A DNA stretch of 63,666 nucleotides, filler included, from Basidioascus undulatus (Eukaryota): NCBI GenBank assembly GCA_000826855.1. It is 8 parts of 8 records of this genome, joined end to end, with 100 filler letters (N's around TTAATTAATTAA, not from the genome) between each part and the next. Parts side by side here need not be neighbours in the genome. Positions count along the whole stretch, not along the records: positions 1 to 7,887 come from JTLS01001471.1; positions 7,988 to 15,873 come from JTLS01001472.1; 6 more parts are not named here. The stretch is one strand, 5' to 3'. Shown in pieces: positions 1 to 11,166 of this stretch. Position 1 is the first letter of the stretch. The number at the start of each line of letters is the position of its first letter. The translations under genes were made by a program, and so were the position numbers. The notes beneath the pieces are model-generated. The model had not been told where the DNA came from, did not search any database, and was given only the letters and a program-made list of their open reading frames with translations.

Positions 1-216
1 GGGGGCAGGCGGGTGGGTGGGTATGGGGAAGCTCGGGGTAGGAGGGAAGTGGAAGATGGGAGGTGGGTGGAAGGACAAGGGGCTGGAACTTGGTTTGCAT
101 GCCATGCCGACCGGATGGGGGAAGAGAGGGACGGTGCTGGCGTTGTACGATTTATCCGCTCGTTTTTCTCTTACGTTCACTTTCTGTTTCAATTACACTC
201 TTTTTTGCATACGTAC

Positions 217-870
217 CTACAGTCGACCATGGCTTGTGGCAGCGTATTTTGGTTGCAGCGACCAGTAGGCCCTGCGCCAAAGGGGACACAGCGCGGTCGG
301 CGAAGTCAAGAGAAGCGAGCCTTCGAACGTAAGCAGCTGCAGAAACTGGGCAGAGCGCCATTCGGTGCGGTTGGCTACCGAGAGATAAACTCCGAATATG
401 ATGGAAGGAACGCTAATCGCTTCGTGCGTATTTCCGAAGTCAACCTCCACTGAAGTGAACTGTGTGCATGCTGTGATGGCGCGATAAGACGTTCGAAAGG
501 CACCCCACGATCTCGTGAAAGACGGCTGCCTCATCGTCCTCGGAGTGTAACGAAATGGACAGCTTGCTCAAGGTTCCCGAGAGGGCTCGAATGATGACGG
601 CGCTTTCTTTGAAGAGGGCAACTCTCCAGTCTCCCCCGTCGAGGGTGAGGTTCAGCCCGTCTGTGGAGGCGGCTACATGAGGCTGCCGCCTGAGTGTGCG
701 GGCAAGCTGCAGAAGGGCGCCCAAGTGCACGGAGCGGTACAGCGGGCTGGTGGCAATCGGGCAAAGGCGCGGCAGACCAGGGCGGCCTTCGGGAGCGCCG
801 ACGTTGGGAGGCGAGCAACGATGTCGATGAGCGTCTCAGACGGCAGATCGAGAAGAGCGAGAGAAGTCAT
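217..870 (-). pseudogene. F-box domain protein, frameshifted (pseudogene or indel errors)
   Basis: The ATG at 870 gives the F-box motif LLDLPSETLIDIVARLP...AALVCRAF. The expected continuation IATSPLYRSVHL is in another frame near 755-760, where one C is missing from a C run. A further frame change occurs near 490. Confidence 0.65.
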
Positions 871-1242
871 GGCTTAGACTGGTTGGGTTGTTCGGAAAGC
901 GAGAGGAATGGTTTCGTAGGCGAGGATGGTGGGGAAGGCAGGCAACCCGTCGCCGCGGCTGACCACACAAAAATGCGGAGCGGCGTTTCCGCAACCTCAC
1001 ACGAGGAGTGCGCCAAGAGTGTGCTCGTGTCCAAGTATGGCTTAACAACAAATTGATATAAGGCGGTTTTCTTTTCTACTCAGTAAATGGAGTGTGTGCC
1101 CAGTACCGCGGGTAGTTCGCAGCATTGAGCCGGCTTTAAATGCAGTGCTCTCACAACGTTGCCATAAATCGTTGTAATGAAATCATCCGATTATATAGCT
1201 AAGCGTCAGAGATCAAAGTGTCCGTGCCAATCCGCGCCCATC

Positions 1243-3089
1243 TCATTCCGCCAGCCTCACGCTCTGCTGCCACCTGAACACGTTCCCCGGGTCGACCTCC
1301 CGCTTGATCTGCCTCAGCCGCTCGTAGTTACCCCCAAAGTACTGCTCCTCCCACTGCGCCTGCTCGAGGCGCGGGTCGACGTAATTGATGTACGCGGCCT
1401 TCGGCTCGGACGTGATGCTGCCCAGGAGGCCATCGACGAAGGCGAAGCCCTCGTCGGACGGGTATGGCGGGGAGTAGGTCGGGGAGGACGCGTAGAGCTG
1501 GAAGGAGAGGAGCGCGGATCGGTGCGGGAAGGCAGTCGCGTTAGAGGGGACGGCGGAGATGGCGCCGTTGTAGGCTGCGGTTTCGCAGATCACAAACTGT
1601 CAGTCGCGGCGGGGAAGGGTGGTGACGCGGTGTATGGGACGACATACCGTCAGACATGGCGTACCAGCCGAGGTCGGAGTTGGCGCCCTCCTCGAACAGG
1701 TAGGTGAAGTAGGAGTCAAGTGCGTCAGACGAGAGGGGCTCGTCAATGAAGAGGGACTGTCCGCCGATTTGAAATAAGCATTGCGCACTGAGAAAGCGTT
1801 CAACACGACAGGGGACGCACCTTGGCGTAGAATGTGTCGTTCGGCGCCGGCCCAGACGTGTCCAGCGAGCCAGACGTAGCCTCAACGCCGTCGATCCACC
1901 CGTAGTTGTTCACCTGCAGGTCGTAGCCCTCGGGCAGCGCATCCAGCAGCGGCTGCGTCGTCGCGCGGAAGTCGTCCTCCGAGCCGAAGTAGTTGCCTTG
2001 CAGCTGTCTCCGAAGCCCGTGTGTGAGTCGCTGCGCAACGCTGAAATGGAACGCAAGGACGGACCTGGAACGAAATTCTTCCGCTGCCGTCTGGACCAAG
2101 GACGAGTACGATGTACAGCTCATCGGGTGGGTTGCCGGCGAAGAACTGCTGGAACGCGTCGAAGCTGCACGAAAGGAATCGTCAGTTACGGCCTGACTAG
2201 CGTGGCGTGAGGATGAGAACGTACGCCGAAACCAAGTCCTCCTTCGGACGCCCCCAGTAGTTCAACGTGAATCCGACAGTGTTGTTTGGTGCAGGAAGCG
2301 TGTCGAAGATCCAGGACGTGACGATTCCGAAAGAAGGTGCAGCGCCGCGAAGAGCCTGACCGGGCGGGACGCAAAGGTCATTCACCCCGTTTCACAGATA
2401 CCGGAGCTATATACGCACCCAGAAGAGATCAGGCTGCTCAGTCTCGGATACGCTCGTGATCGTCCCGTTGGCGAGGACGACTTTGGCGCCTGAAATGCGG
2501 TCGAGGAGAAGCCCGGCCTTGCGAGAGAAGGGGCCGTACCCGCCGAAAGCTGCATGCCCTCCGATTCCAACACTGGAAAAAGACTGTTAGCTCTGACAAG
2601 GTGCGGACTTTCAGAATCAAAGAGGACGCACTATGGGCAGGTACCGGTCGGCAATGCACGTTCTCCCTCATCCCATATACCCTGAATCACGTCGCCTAAC
2701 CTGTTGCCCGTCTCAATCGTAGCCTTCCCGTTTTCGTCCACCTCGATCTTTTTCAAGCTATCCAAAGAGATAACAAGGGCCTCCTCGTCCGCTCCTCCGA
2801 GCCCGTACGCCGCGTACGAGTGGCCGCCCGAGCGCGCGATGACAGGCACGTCTGCCTCTGCCGCGCAGCGAACAGCAGAGGCGATGTCCTCAGCAGACGA
2901 AGGATAGACGAGCGCCAGCGGGGACGGATGGAGGCGGAGGTTGTACGCCGTTGATTTTGCGTCGTACGAAGGGGAAGAGGGGAGGAGAAGCGTCGAGGAC
3001 AAGGAGGAGAGGCAGTCGGTCAGGTTCGATTGTGCGGCAGCCAGACCGAGCAAGGCTGGGAGAAGGAGGAGGCTCGTTGGGCGCGCCAT
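1243..3089 (-). CDS. Secreted FAD-binding berberine-bridge-enzyme-like oxidase (AA7/glucooligosaccharide oxidase-like), multi-exon
   Basis: Signal peptide [26 protein letters not shown] (FAD His), [16 protein letters not shown] across an intron (FAD Cys), [14 protein letters not shown]-terminal BBE motifs AYINYVD and [22 protein letters not shown]. Confidence 0.92.
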
Positions 3090-6000
3090 GATGGTGGTGG
3101 TGTTGAATAGAGGAACTATGAGATCCAGCATGCCGAGGGCAAGCATTTATGTACACGGTCGGCCACGGCGGCGTCCGCCTGGGCTGTGCAGGTTTAGCGC
3201 CCATGAGAAGGACGGCCACGAAGTCACATAACCTACTTGTTCCTCTAAGTTGACCCACTTGCAAGGCGGTCATGAATGCGGACGGCCACCTGACATCGTG
3301 GTATTGGAGTGTGGCAGTGTAAAAGGCGCCTCGCCATCATGGGAAGGAAGGGAAGGAAGAGAAGAGCTCAAGAACCGGTCTCCTCAGCATCGTCATCCAT
3401 AGACTCCAAGTCAACGTTGTCTCAACTTGCAGTCTGCACGACATCGACGTTACCAACAACAAAAAAATTACACACTTTCGCACAACAATTGTGTACATAG
3501 GGTGATCGCATATATAGAGCGTTGGTATATGTGGCTCGAGGGTATGAACGCGCGTGGGGCATGGCAGCCAAGAACAGCATTCTCGCACGGCGGGATGGCG
3601 GAGCCGGTGGTAGTACAACAAGAACATCGAACAAAGAGGAGACCAGCCTCAATAGCAAGCAACAAATATCGTTAAGCAGAAGGGGGAGCGTGGTGCGGCC
3701 GAGTGCCTATGAGCCACAGGGGCCTGCAACCTCGGTCCGGTAAGCACTCTGCGGTGGGATGGAGGGAAGGAGGAACACGAGAGATGCACAGGCAGTGCAG
3801 TAGCAGTCCTCATTCTCGCGGCCAGCCGGCTTGCAGGCCTGGAGTCGATGGTTCACGGTCAGTCAACGTACTTGGGCAATGGGCCTGAAATAAGCCTCAC
3901 AGCGTTGCCCGGGCCTGAGAAACAAGTTCCATCCCCTTCAGCATTCAGCCCCATGCAGAACCCACACAGAAGACGACTCACAGACTTCGTTCACGAGGTT
4001 ACGGTCCTGCTCCTCCCTCTGCTTCTTGCTCAACCCGGCCGCCGGGTCCTTGTCCGACCTGGGCCGGCAACAGGAGCAGCCTACCCTTCGCCCGCTGCCC
4101 TCAGCGTGAGAGCCGTCGCCTGGCCCGCCCGCACCACCTCCAACCCACCGCAGTGCGGCCTGGTCTGGCCGTTGGCCATGGCCGGCTTCGAGTTCACGAG
4201 CGCCGGCTGGGTGGCGGAGGCGGAGTCGCAGCAGCCCATGGCTGGGGGTCGGTTCGCGGTGGTGGTGTGGGGATGGTGGCTCCGGTAACCCGTTGGGGTG
4301 CGAGAAAGGTCGGAATATGTTCGAAGTAAGGGACGAAGCTGCACGATTCCTTTTATTCGCGTCGATGTGCCATGTGTCAGGTGTTCAACGGATCCCAAGC
4401 CGTGTAGGTAACAACGTGGTGTATCGACATGTTCCGCTGTCAGAGGCGGCGCGAAACGGAGGCGGAGGCAGCGGCGGATGTACCCCGAGGCTTCTTTGGG
4501 ATGTTGCGCAAATTGCCCATGGCGCAAGTTCATCGGTACCTTGGAAATTTCAGGAAGTTCTCAGGCTGTCTATTGCTGCTGCTTGACTCCAGGCCCTCCC
4601 ACCAACCCGGCAAGCGCCATAGAAGGCTCAAACACACCGCATGGCTGAAGCGGTAGGCAGCCCCATGACTGTGAAACGTGTGTTCCGGTAGAGTGATTGT
4701 GCAAACAAACAGTTGCGCGGCCCTCTTACGCCATGGGCTGGACGAGATTTTGACAGCCAGACCGCGACGGCAATGACAACTGTGCCGCTTCAAGTCTACA
4801 GGCGGCCGATGGCTACTAACAACTCAGTCGTTTCAAGCTCGGTGGATGCTATTTCACGGGGAAATAATGAATCTTGTTCATGTGAAGTGGACCTATATCT
4901 GTGTTCGTTTCGGAATGCATGTGAAGTGGACGCCATAGCAGACTGGCGAACCGATAGTGCCCGGTAGCGCTGTGCAACGCATGTGAAATTTTGGATGGCC
5001 TACTGTTCGATCTTGTGATATACACAGCCCTAGCACGTCGAACAGCGTTCACAAATATACACAGCATAACTTTGCTCGAGCACATACTCGTGTTCGGAAT
5101 GAGCATCATACTGACCGAGTGAGCGTGGACAGTGGGCGGGCCGCACACACGCTGCGGCGCTGTAGTCGTGCAGTCCCCATTGCGCAGCCTCTGGCCGGGA
5201 TTCCCTATTAAGAGAATTGTTATTGCATTGGTCAAATTGGACGATTCGAACGCTCATTGTGCCGATACTTGCTGAGCGTTGCCTCTCGTTCAGAGGGAGC
5301 CTGCGTTGCAGTGGGGGTCTTTGGCTTTCTTTTTTGCACAGGCGGGCCGCCTAAAGCGTCTTCGTCCGTAACAGCACGCAATGTGGCACAGCATCTAGGC
5401 TACTTACTTAAGGAGGAGGACATGCTGGCGGACCGCTTCGCGGAGCCCAAGCCCAGGCCTTTGGACGTTCTGCCGCTCCGTCGACGACTCGAGTCCCGAC
5501 AAGTCGTGCAATGCAACCACGAGGCTGTCCCTCCTCATGACGACTGACTGTTAACTCATGACTCAACTGGCTCTTGAAATCGGCTCTTGATTGTTCGGTC
5601 ATCTCGAACTTGGAGCTTCCGGAATCATCCCAGAAAGGACGAGGGGTGTGGACGGGGTGTGAAAGAGGCGGGTGCCATGGACGAATCGCGCTTGAGGCAT
5701 TTTCAGAAGATGATTGCAGGTTGAAGCCTGACGTTCCCAGACTGGGAGCATGCAGGCGTTGCATGTGCGATGCATGCGAAGTGTTGCTCAAGCGAGCTCG
5801 GCTGCACCCCGAACAGTAGATCGTAGTCTCATGGGCCTACATTGACCGTGAAACGCACGTTGACTGAGCAAAAGACGGTTATTGTGTCCTTGGGTGAGCG
5901 CGTTCAAGTGTGGTTGTGCATCAGAAGTATACCGTAGACGCTCAGGCAAGACCCAGGAGGGAAACGCAAGACGGTTAGGGAAAAGTCAAGCACCCGGATC

Positions 6001-6187
6001 TTGGTTTCCGATTCATTGAACGCCACTGTCGACCTTGCAATCGCACTTTTCAATCCACAGTCCCCCCGCCCCCCACTCCTTCTCCCCCACTCCCCGAAAA
6101 AGCTCACGCAAACAGCGTCCCCTCCGCCACTGAGATCCCATCACCCACATTAGCGCCCTCTGCAAAACGCCCCCCAAAAATTCGTTC

Positions 6188-7188
6188 TCACGCACCGACG
6201 ACCGCCTCCCCGCGCAACTTGCACCGCCCACCCTCATTCTCGGACTTGCCGTCCCACATAACAGCGATCTCGCCCCTGCGCGGGCCGCCCTGGCCGGCGC
6301 GAAGCTCTTCGCCGGCCGCGCTGAGACGGCCAGACCAGTAGGGGCCGAGTGTGCAGTGCGCCGAGCCTGTGACGGGGTCCTCATCGACGCCTGCGGCGGG
6401 CCCGAAGAAGCGCGAGTAGAAGCGGTGCGAGGCGGAGACGCCGGAGGAACCGGTCGTGAGGATGACGCCGCGGGAGGAGGGGATGTGGACCTGCGAGGAA
6501 AAATGAACATTGATGTTGATGTGCCTTGCGTAATCGTAATCGTTAATGGATTTTGAGAGTGAAAGAACCCACCAGAGCAGAGATGTCCACAGGCAGATCA
6601 GCGAGCTCGACGCCCTCGACCTCAAAGAGCCAGTCGAACTTGCCCTTCCCCACAAACCCGATGCGCATCTGGTCCTTCTCCGCCCTCAGCGCGTTCCGCA
6701 GCGCGCGCTCCGCGCTCTCGCGGTCGTCGCCCTCGACAGGCACCAAGTCGTCCGCGGGGAAGTCGAGCTGGACGGACTTGCCGTCGGGCGTCTTCTCCGC
6801 GACGAGCGCGCCCGAGCGCGTGTGGAAAGTGAGCGGGCCGGGCGCGCCCTGCTTGAAGAGCACCGCCGCGGACGCTAGCGTCGCATGCCCGCAGAGCGCG
6901 ACTTCGAGCGTCGGCGTGAACCAGCGGAGGTCGAACTCGGAGGGCGAGGAGCGGCGGACGACGAAGGCCGTCTCGGAGTGATTGAACTCGCTGTAGAGGA
7001 GGGGGTGGTGGTCAGCTCAAGCTTGTAACGGATATCAGAGGAGGAAGAGTCACGCACGCAGCGATCTTCTGCATCAGCTCCTCCGGCAGCGGCTCGTCCA
7101 GGACGAGGACGGACGCGGGGTTGCCCGTGAACGGCGAGGAAGCGAGCGCGAAAGCGTCGACAAGCGAGTACCGCAGCGAGCGAGTCAT
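6188..7188 (-). CDS. PhzF/PhzC-family (diaminopimelate epimerase-like) protein, multi-exon
   Basis: VDAF...PFTGNPASV, NHSETAFV, LRWFTPTLEVALCGHATLA, and SRFFGPAAGVDEDPVTGSAHC are PhzF-family signatures. Exons are separated by GT-AG introns. Confidence 0.92.
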
Positions 7189-7887
7189 GATTCCGTTTGA
7201 GCGAGCGAAGTGTGGCCAGGCAGTAAGTGAGTTGGGGAGGAAGACGAAGACGACAATGATGGTGGACGGAGGGTGAGGAAGACGTCTGTCGGCGCGTATA
7301 AAAGCTCGCTCGTCGACTCATTTGGTGCATGACTCATGACCCATGATCAATTTGCGGTACGGCATGGCCGCCCCCGGACAATAAGGTCCATAAAGATTCG
7401 TTGGCGCAGTGCGAGTATGCGTACGAAAGAAAGTTACGTTGCGTTGGGGAAAGAAGCATTCAACTGGCAGCCGACTGTCGCTTCGTCCCGCAGCCAGCCT
7501 GCCGGTTCCTCCTCCAAACTTCACGACCTCTGACACACCCACGCGGCCCAAAATTACTCAAATCCCCAATGCAAATACAACAAACAGCTCCACCCTCGGC
7601 GCATGCAACCCCCCTCATCCCTCTCCCATCCGCATCCGCATCCGCGCACAAGCACCCCAACCTCTATCTCTCATCTAAACGTTCTTGCTCCTCCCTCCTC
7701 CCCCGCCCCTCCGTCTCCTGAGCCTCCTCCACCCCAACCCAAGCCCAACGAGCGCCAGCTGAATGAGCACCAGCCACCCAAACGGCTCCCAGAACGCCGC
7801 AATGCCTGACGGCTCGGCGTCGGCGGGGCGCCGCAGGTCCTCGCGCGGCGTGTGGAGGAGGGGGAGGGGGAGGTCGGGGAAGTGCGG

Positions 7888-7987
7888 NNNNNNNNNNNNN
7901 NNNNNNNNNNNNNNNNNNNNNNNNNNNNNNNTTAATTAATTAANNNNNNNNNNNNNNNNNNNNNNNNNNNNNNNNNNNNNNNNNNNN
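7888..7987. other. Artificial contig spacer
   Basis: N44-TTAATTAATTAA-N44, a linker with stops in all frames. Confidence 0.99.
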
Positions 7988-8059
7988 GCGGTTAGTATTG
8001 TCGATAGTAAATGGCAATGGGGGGTTCGTATGGGTAGAGGGTTAGTAGCGGTCATAACC

Positions 8060-8530
8060 CTTCAATACCATCAAAGGTGGCCATCTGTACATACTCGCCG
8101 GACTTTGCGCTTCTCCTGAAATCACAGAGCTTGAGGGTCATGGTAGGGTCTATCAGGACATTGCCGGGCGCTATGTCGCAGTAACCGACGCTGTGAGAGT
8201 GCATGTGAGTTACTGCCGACACCAGCTGTGAGTACCACTTGGAGAGCTGGCTGTATGGGGTCAGGGGACTGAGGTGTTCATACAGAGTACTCCCTGGGGA
8301 CCTCTTCCATGACTATGCCAACATCGGGAATATGAGCTATGAAGGCCACAATATTAGCATGTCGCTTGATGAGGTTAAACCCCTGGACTCCCTTAGGAAG
8401 CACTCCTTGACATCGCAGGAGTTGGAGAGCTCCTTCCCCTCAACTATGAACTTCTTGACCCGCGGTGCCTTCAGCATGCACTGTGTAATGAGAGAGGTGC
8501 TGCCTGTGGCTACGTCGCTGTCGCCGCTGG
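8060..8530 (-). pseudogene. Intronless protein kinase relic (N-lobe to DFG), frameshifted
   Basis: Manual minus-strand translation across two frame changes gives VKKF...KECFLRE, LIKRHANIVAFIAHIPDVGIVMEEVP, and GSTLYEHL...QLVSAVTHMHSHSVGYCDIAPGNVLIDPTMTLKLCDFR. DFG has become DFR. Confidence 0.75.
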
Positions 8531-8789
8531 GGGGGGCAACTGAAGTTAGCGGTCACTGGATACTATTCTACAATGGGCAAGAGCTACGACGCAAGGAACC
8601 AGGGTAGCAAGGGCCAAGTCCAGACTGAGCAAGACAAGAAGGAAGGACGTGACGAGAAAGACGAGAAGAAGAGCTCCTGAGGTGGTGCTGGCCCCTCGCT
8701 CAGCCCTACCGCGTCTGCCGAGCGCTGTGTACTCTGTATGATACCCTCCATGTTATACCGTCCCCGTAGTACCCAGTGTGTCAGTGTTG

Positions 8790-9100
8790 TTTTCAAAACC
8801 CCACCAGCCTACTCCGGCCTCTCTGTGGCCTCCCTGATCTTTGCTACCCCGGGAAATCGAACACTGAGGCACTCGCTTATGAGCCATCCAAACTTCGACG
8901 AGGCGTCGAACTCGGGAGGTGCCCCCGTAGCCCTGACCAGTGCCTCCTCATCGTCGCTCTCCACGTCGGGGTAGGGCTTGCTACCGGAGGTAAGATAGAG
9001 GACTAGCAGACCGTAGGAATAAACGTCGTGCTCGGTACGATAGTGGCGTCATCCTCTTTGGTCTCGTGCATAGACCACCGTGGGTCCGCTGCCAACACGA
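8790..9100 (-). pseudogene. Protein kinase C-lobe relic
   Basis: The minus strand reads RWSMHE (APE-like), then after a frame change EHDVYSYGLLVLYLTSGSKPYPD...FGWLISECL, matching kinase subdomains IX-XI. Confidence 0.65.
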
Positions 9101-9442
9101 GGTTGCTCGGCATACATGGTCATCTTAGTGCATGTGCACATACATGGGCCAAGCACCCCCAACTTTCTCGGAGATCAACCTCGCCTTCTGTCACCAATCC
9201 TCGTGCTACTTCGCCTGGGAAGAAGAGAGACGAAAGTGTGGCGGCTCGGCTCGCCCTCGACACACTTCCGCCACGGTGCAGCTCGTAGCGGCATATTTTC
9301 CCCGCTCCGCTACGTTCTCGACCTCTTTTTGCGTGTGTGAAGGCATGGTGCTGTTCGTCTAACACCCCATGCCGCAGGTCACCCGGTCACCCCAAGATCT
9401 TTTAGGGTGGCTCCTCCGGGCTCAACAGCACCGCCCGGGGGA

Positions 9443-9550
9443 ACTGGCGTGGCAGAGATGGAGGAGCGTGACCCAGCGGCAGAGAAGCGAGGACGGTCGT
9501 CCGGCAGCGCCGTTCCCATCCAGCGCGCATATGAAAGGTATAAAACGGGC
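9443..9550 (+). promoter_or_regulatory. Promoter of secreted peptide gene A (TATAAAA at 9539-9545)
   Basis: AAAGGTATAAAACGGGC. An upstream 19-nt block CCAGCGGCAGAGAAGCGAG (9473-9491) is identical to 10854-10872. Confidence 0.7.
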
Positions 9551-9784
9551 ACCCTTCGCCTGGTTAGGAGTCCCCGTCAACTGCCCAGCACAACAAGCAC
9601 CCTCTCCAGATACTCATCGTCACCTGCAGCCGCAGCGCTCCAAGCAGTACTTTCTTTCTCTCCAGCTCGACTTGTAGCGACGCCTGGTACGTTTCTGACT
9701 TAATACCGCTTTTGAGATTTCCATCGGCTAACGGACGGTGTCTCGTGCACGACTCGAAAACCCTCTGGTTCGGGCACAGACAAT

Positions 9785-10087
9785 ATGAAGTTCACGACCA
9801 CGGCAGTGCTCGCATTCGGCCTCATCGCAAGCATGGCGGTCGCGGAGCCCATCCTCCAGCAGCCCAGGTCCGAAAACCTCCCTCAGCCCAAGGCCGAATC
9901 CAACCTCCAGGCCAGGGCCTGCACGGATACCGGCTGCCGAGTCGATCCCGGCCACGGGCAGTACCAGAGCTGCGGCTCGGGCATCGGCTGCCCCAAGTCG
10001 CACGTCTATGAGTGCAACGACAGCGGCGTCTGCTGCGACTACGGCTATCGCACCTCGTGCGCCGAGTGCAACGAGCTGTCTTGCTAG
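9785..10087 (+). CDS. Small secreted cysteine-rich prepropeptide A (100 aa; predicted 56-aa mature peptide with 10 Cys)
   Basis: Hydrophobic signal MKFTTTAVLAFGLIASMAVA and a propeptide ending in QAR. Mature region ACTDTGC...HVYECNDSGVCCDYGYRTSCAECNELSC. Strong GC3 bias. 5'-UTR intron about 9687-9779 (GTACGT...GCTAAC...CAG). Confidence 0.88.
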   Translation: MKFTTTAVLAFGLIASMAVAEPILQQPRSENLPQPKAESNLQARACTDTGCRVDPGHGQYQSCGSGIGCPKSHVYECNDSGVCCDYGYRTSCAECNELSC

Positions 10088-10161
10088 GCTAGCGTCGCCC
10101 ACCTCGATGTAGTGTAGCAAAGGCGCTGCCGCTGCACCCTTCCAAATCTAGCTCGACGTCT

Positions 10162-10284
10162 TTTTCCTGTGACGAGGCCCACGCTCCAACTATGCCGATG
10201 TTTTCTTTTTCTTTGTTCCTTCCCGTGTTTTCCTGTGACGAGGCCCGCGCTCCAACTATGTCGATGTTTTTTTTCCTTCCCGTG
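10162..10284. repeat. Tandem duplication of about 60 nt downstream of peptide gene A
   Basis: TTTTCCTGTGACGAGGCCC(A/G)CGCTCCAACTATG(C/T)CGATGTTTT...CCTTCCCGTG occurs twice (10162-10227 and 10228-10284). Confidence 0.9.
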
Positions 10285-10822
10285 ATTGGCCGTGTCACCT
10301 GTGATTTGCGCCCGGCACTTGTCGATTTCAAAGTCGTGAATGAGTCGAGAATGAAGGAACGATGTGCTCATTTCTGGTATCGTGCCTGAGAGGGGAAATC
10401 ACGAGAGAACGCGCTGGAAGGGGAGCAAATGACGTGAGGGAAAGGGGAGCACCGCAGGGGGAAGCACGAGCGACTTGCCGCGATGAGCCCAGTGCGCGAA
10501 ATAAAAGCGACCAGTCATCAGCGCGCGCACAGAATGCCCGCGGCCACAAACAGTGCGAGCAGGGCGGCCAGCGAGCAGCACGACCAACAGCCCACTCGTC
10601 GATATCCCGTTTACGTGCGATGCCCGGCCCTTCTCACCGAACAAACATGTGCTGTGCTGTATGTATCACCTGACGGGTCGAGCCTGACTGACTTCCCCTT
10701 GACTGATGGATCCGCGCTAACCTTGTGATGACCAGCTCGACCTGGGGTCGGATATGACTCGCTCGGACTGAGCACCGCCATCGAGCGCACAGCCGATGCC
10801 GCCAAGTCACATCAGTCACATG

Positions 10823-10963
10823 GGCTGGCACAGAAAGCTGGAGGAAATGGGTACCAGCGGCAGAGAAGCGAGCGAGGACCAGCGAGGACCAGCGAGGACC
10901 GGCGATGACGATGTTCTGCCGCCGCACCCATCGAGGCCGCACGTCCAAAGGTATAAAAAGGGC
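10823..10963 (+). promoter_or_regulatory. Promoter of secreted peptide gene B (TATAAAA at 10952-10958), with three copies of AGCGAGGACC
   Basis: AAAGGTATAAAAAGGGC. Homologous to 9443-9550. The decamer is triplicated at 10871-10900. Confidence 0.7.
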
Positions 10964-11166
10964 TCGATTCGGTCGGTCGGTCTGGTCGTGAGCTCAGATC
11001 AAGCGGCCAGGATATCCTCCACATTCTTCTCACCTACACGCACACCTTATACCAAAGTCTGGTGAGTCCTCTTTACGTGTCGCTCTCGAGCTTTCATCAT
11101 CGGCTAACGGCCGTGCCTCTCGTCTCTCATGTCTCTCGTTCTCTCTCCCGCCCAGACGCAGGCGAC

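Noticed and set aside
3300..5800. Scattered coding-like fragments between the oxidase and PhzF genes
   Set aside because: No motif could be assigned. Probably decayed sequence.
1243..7188. BBE-like oxidase plus PhzF as a phenazine or secondary-metabolite cluster
   Set aside because: No backbone enzyme or other phz genes are present. PhzF-like genes are widespread singletons in fungi.
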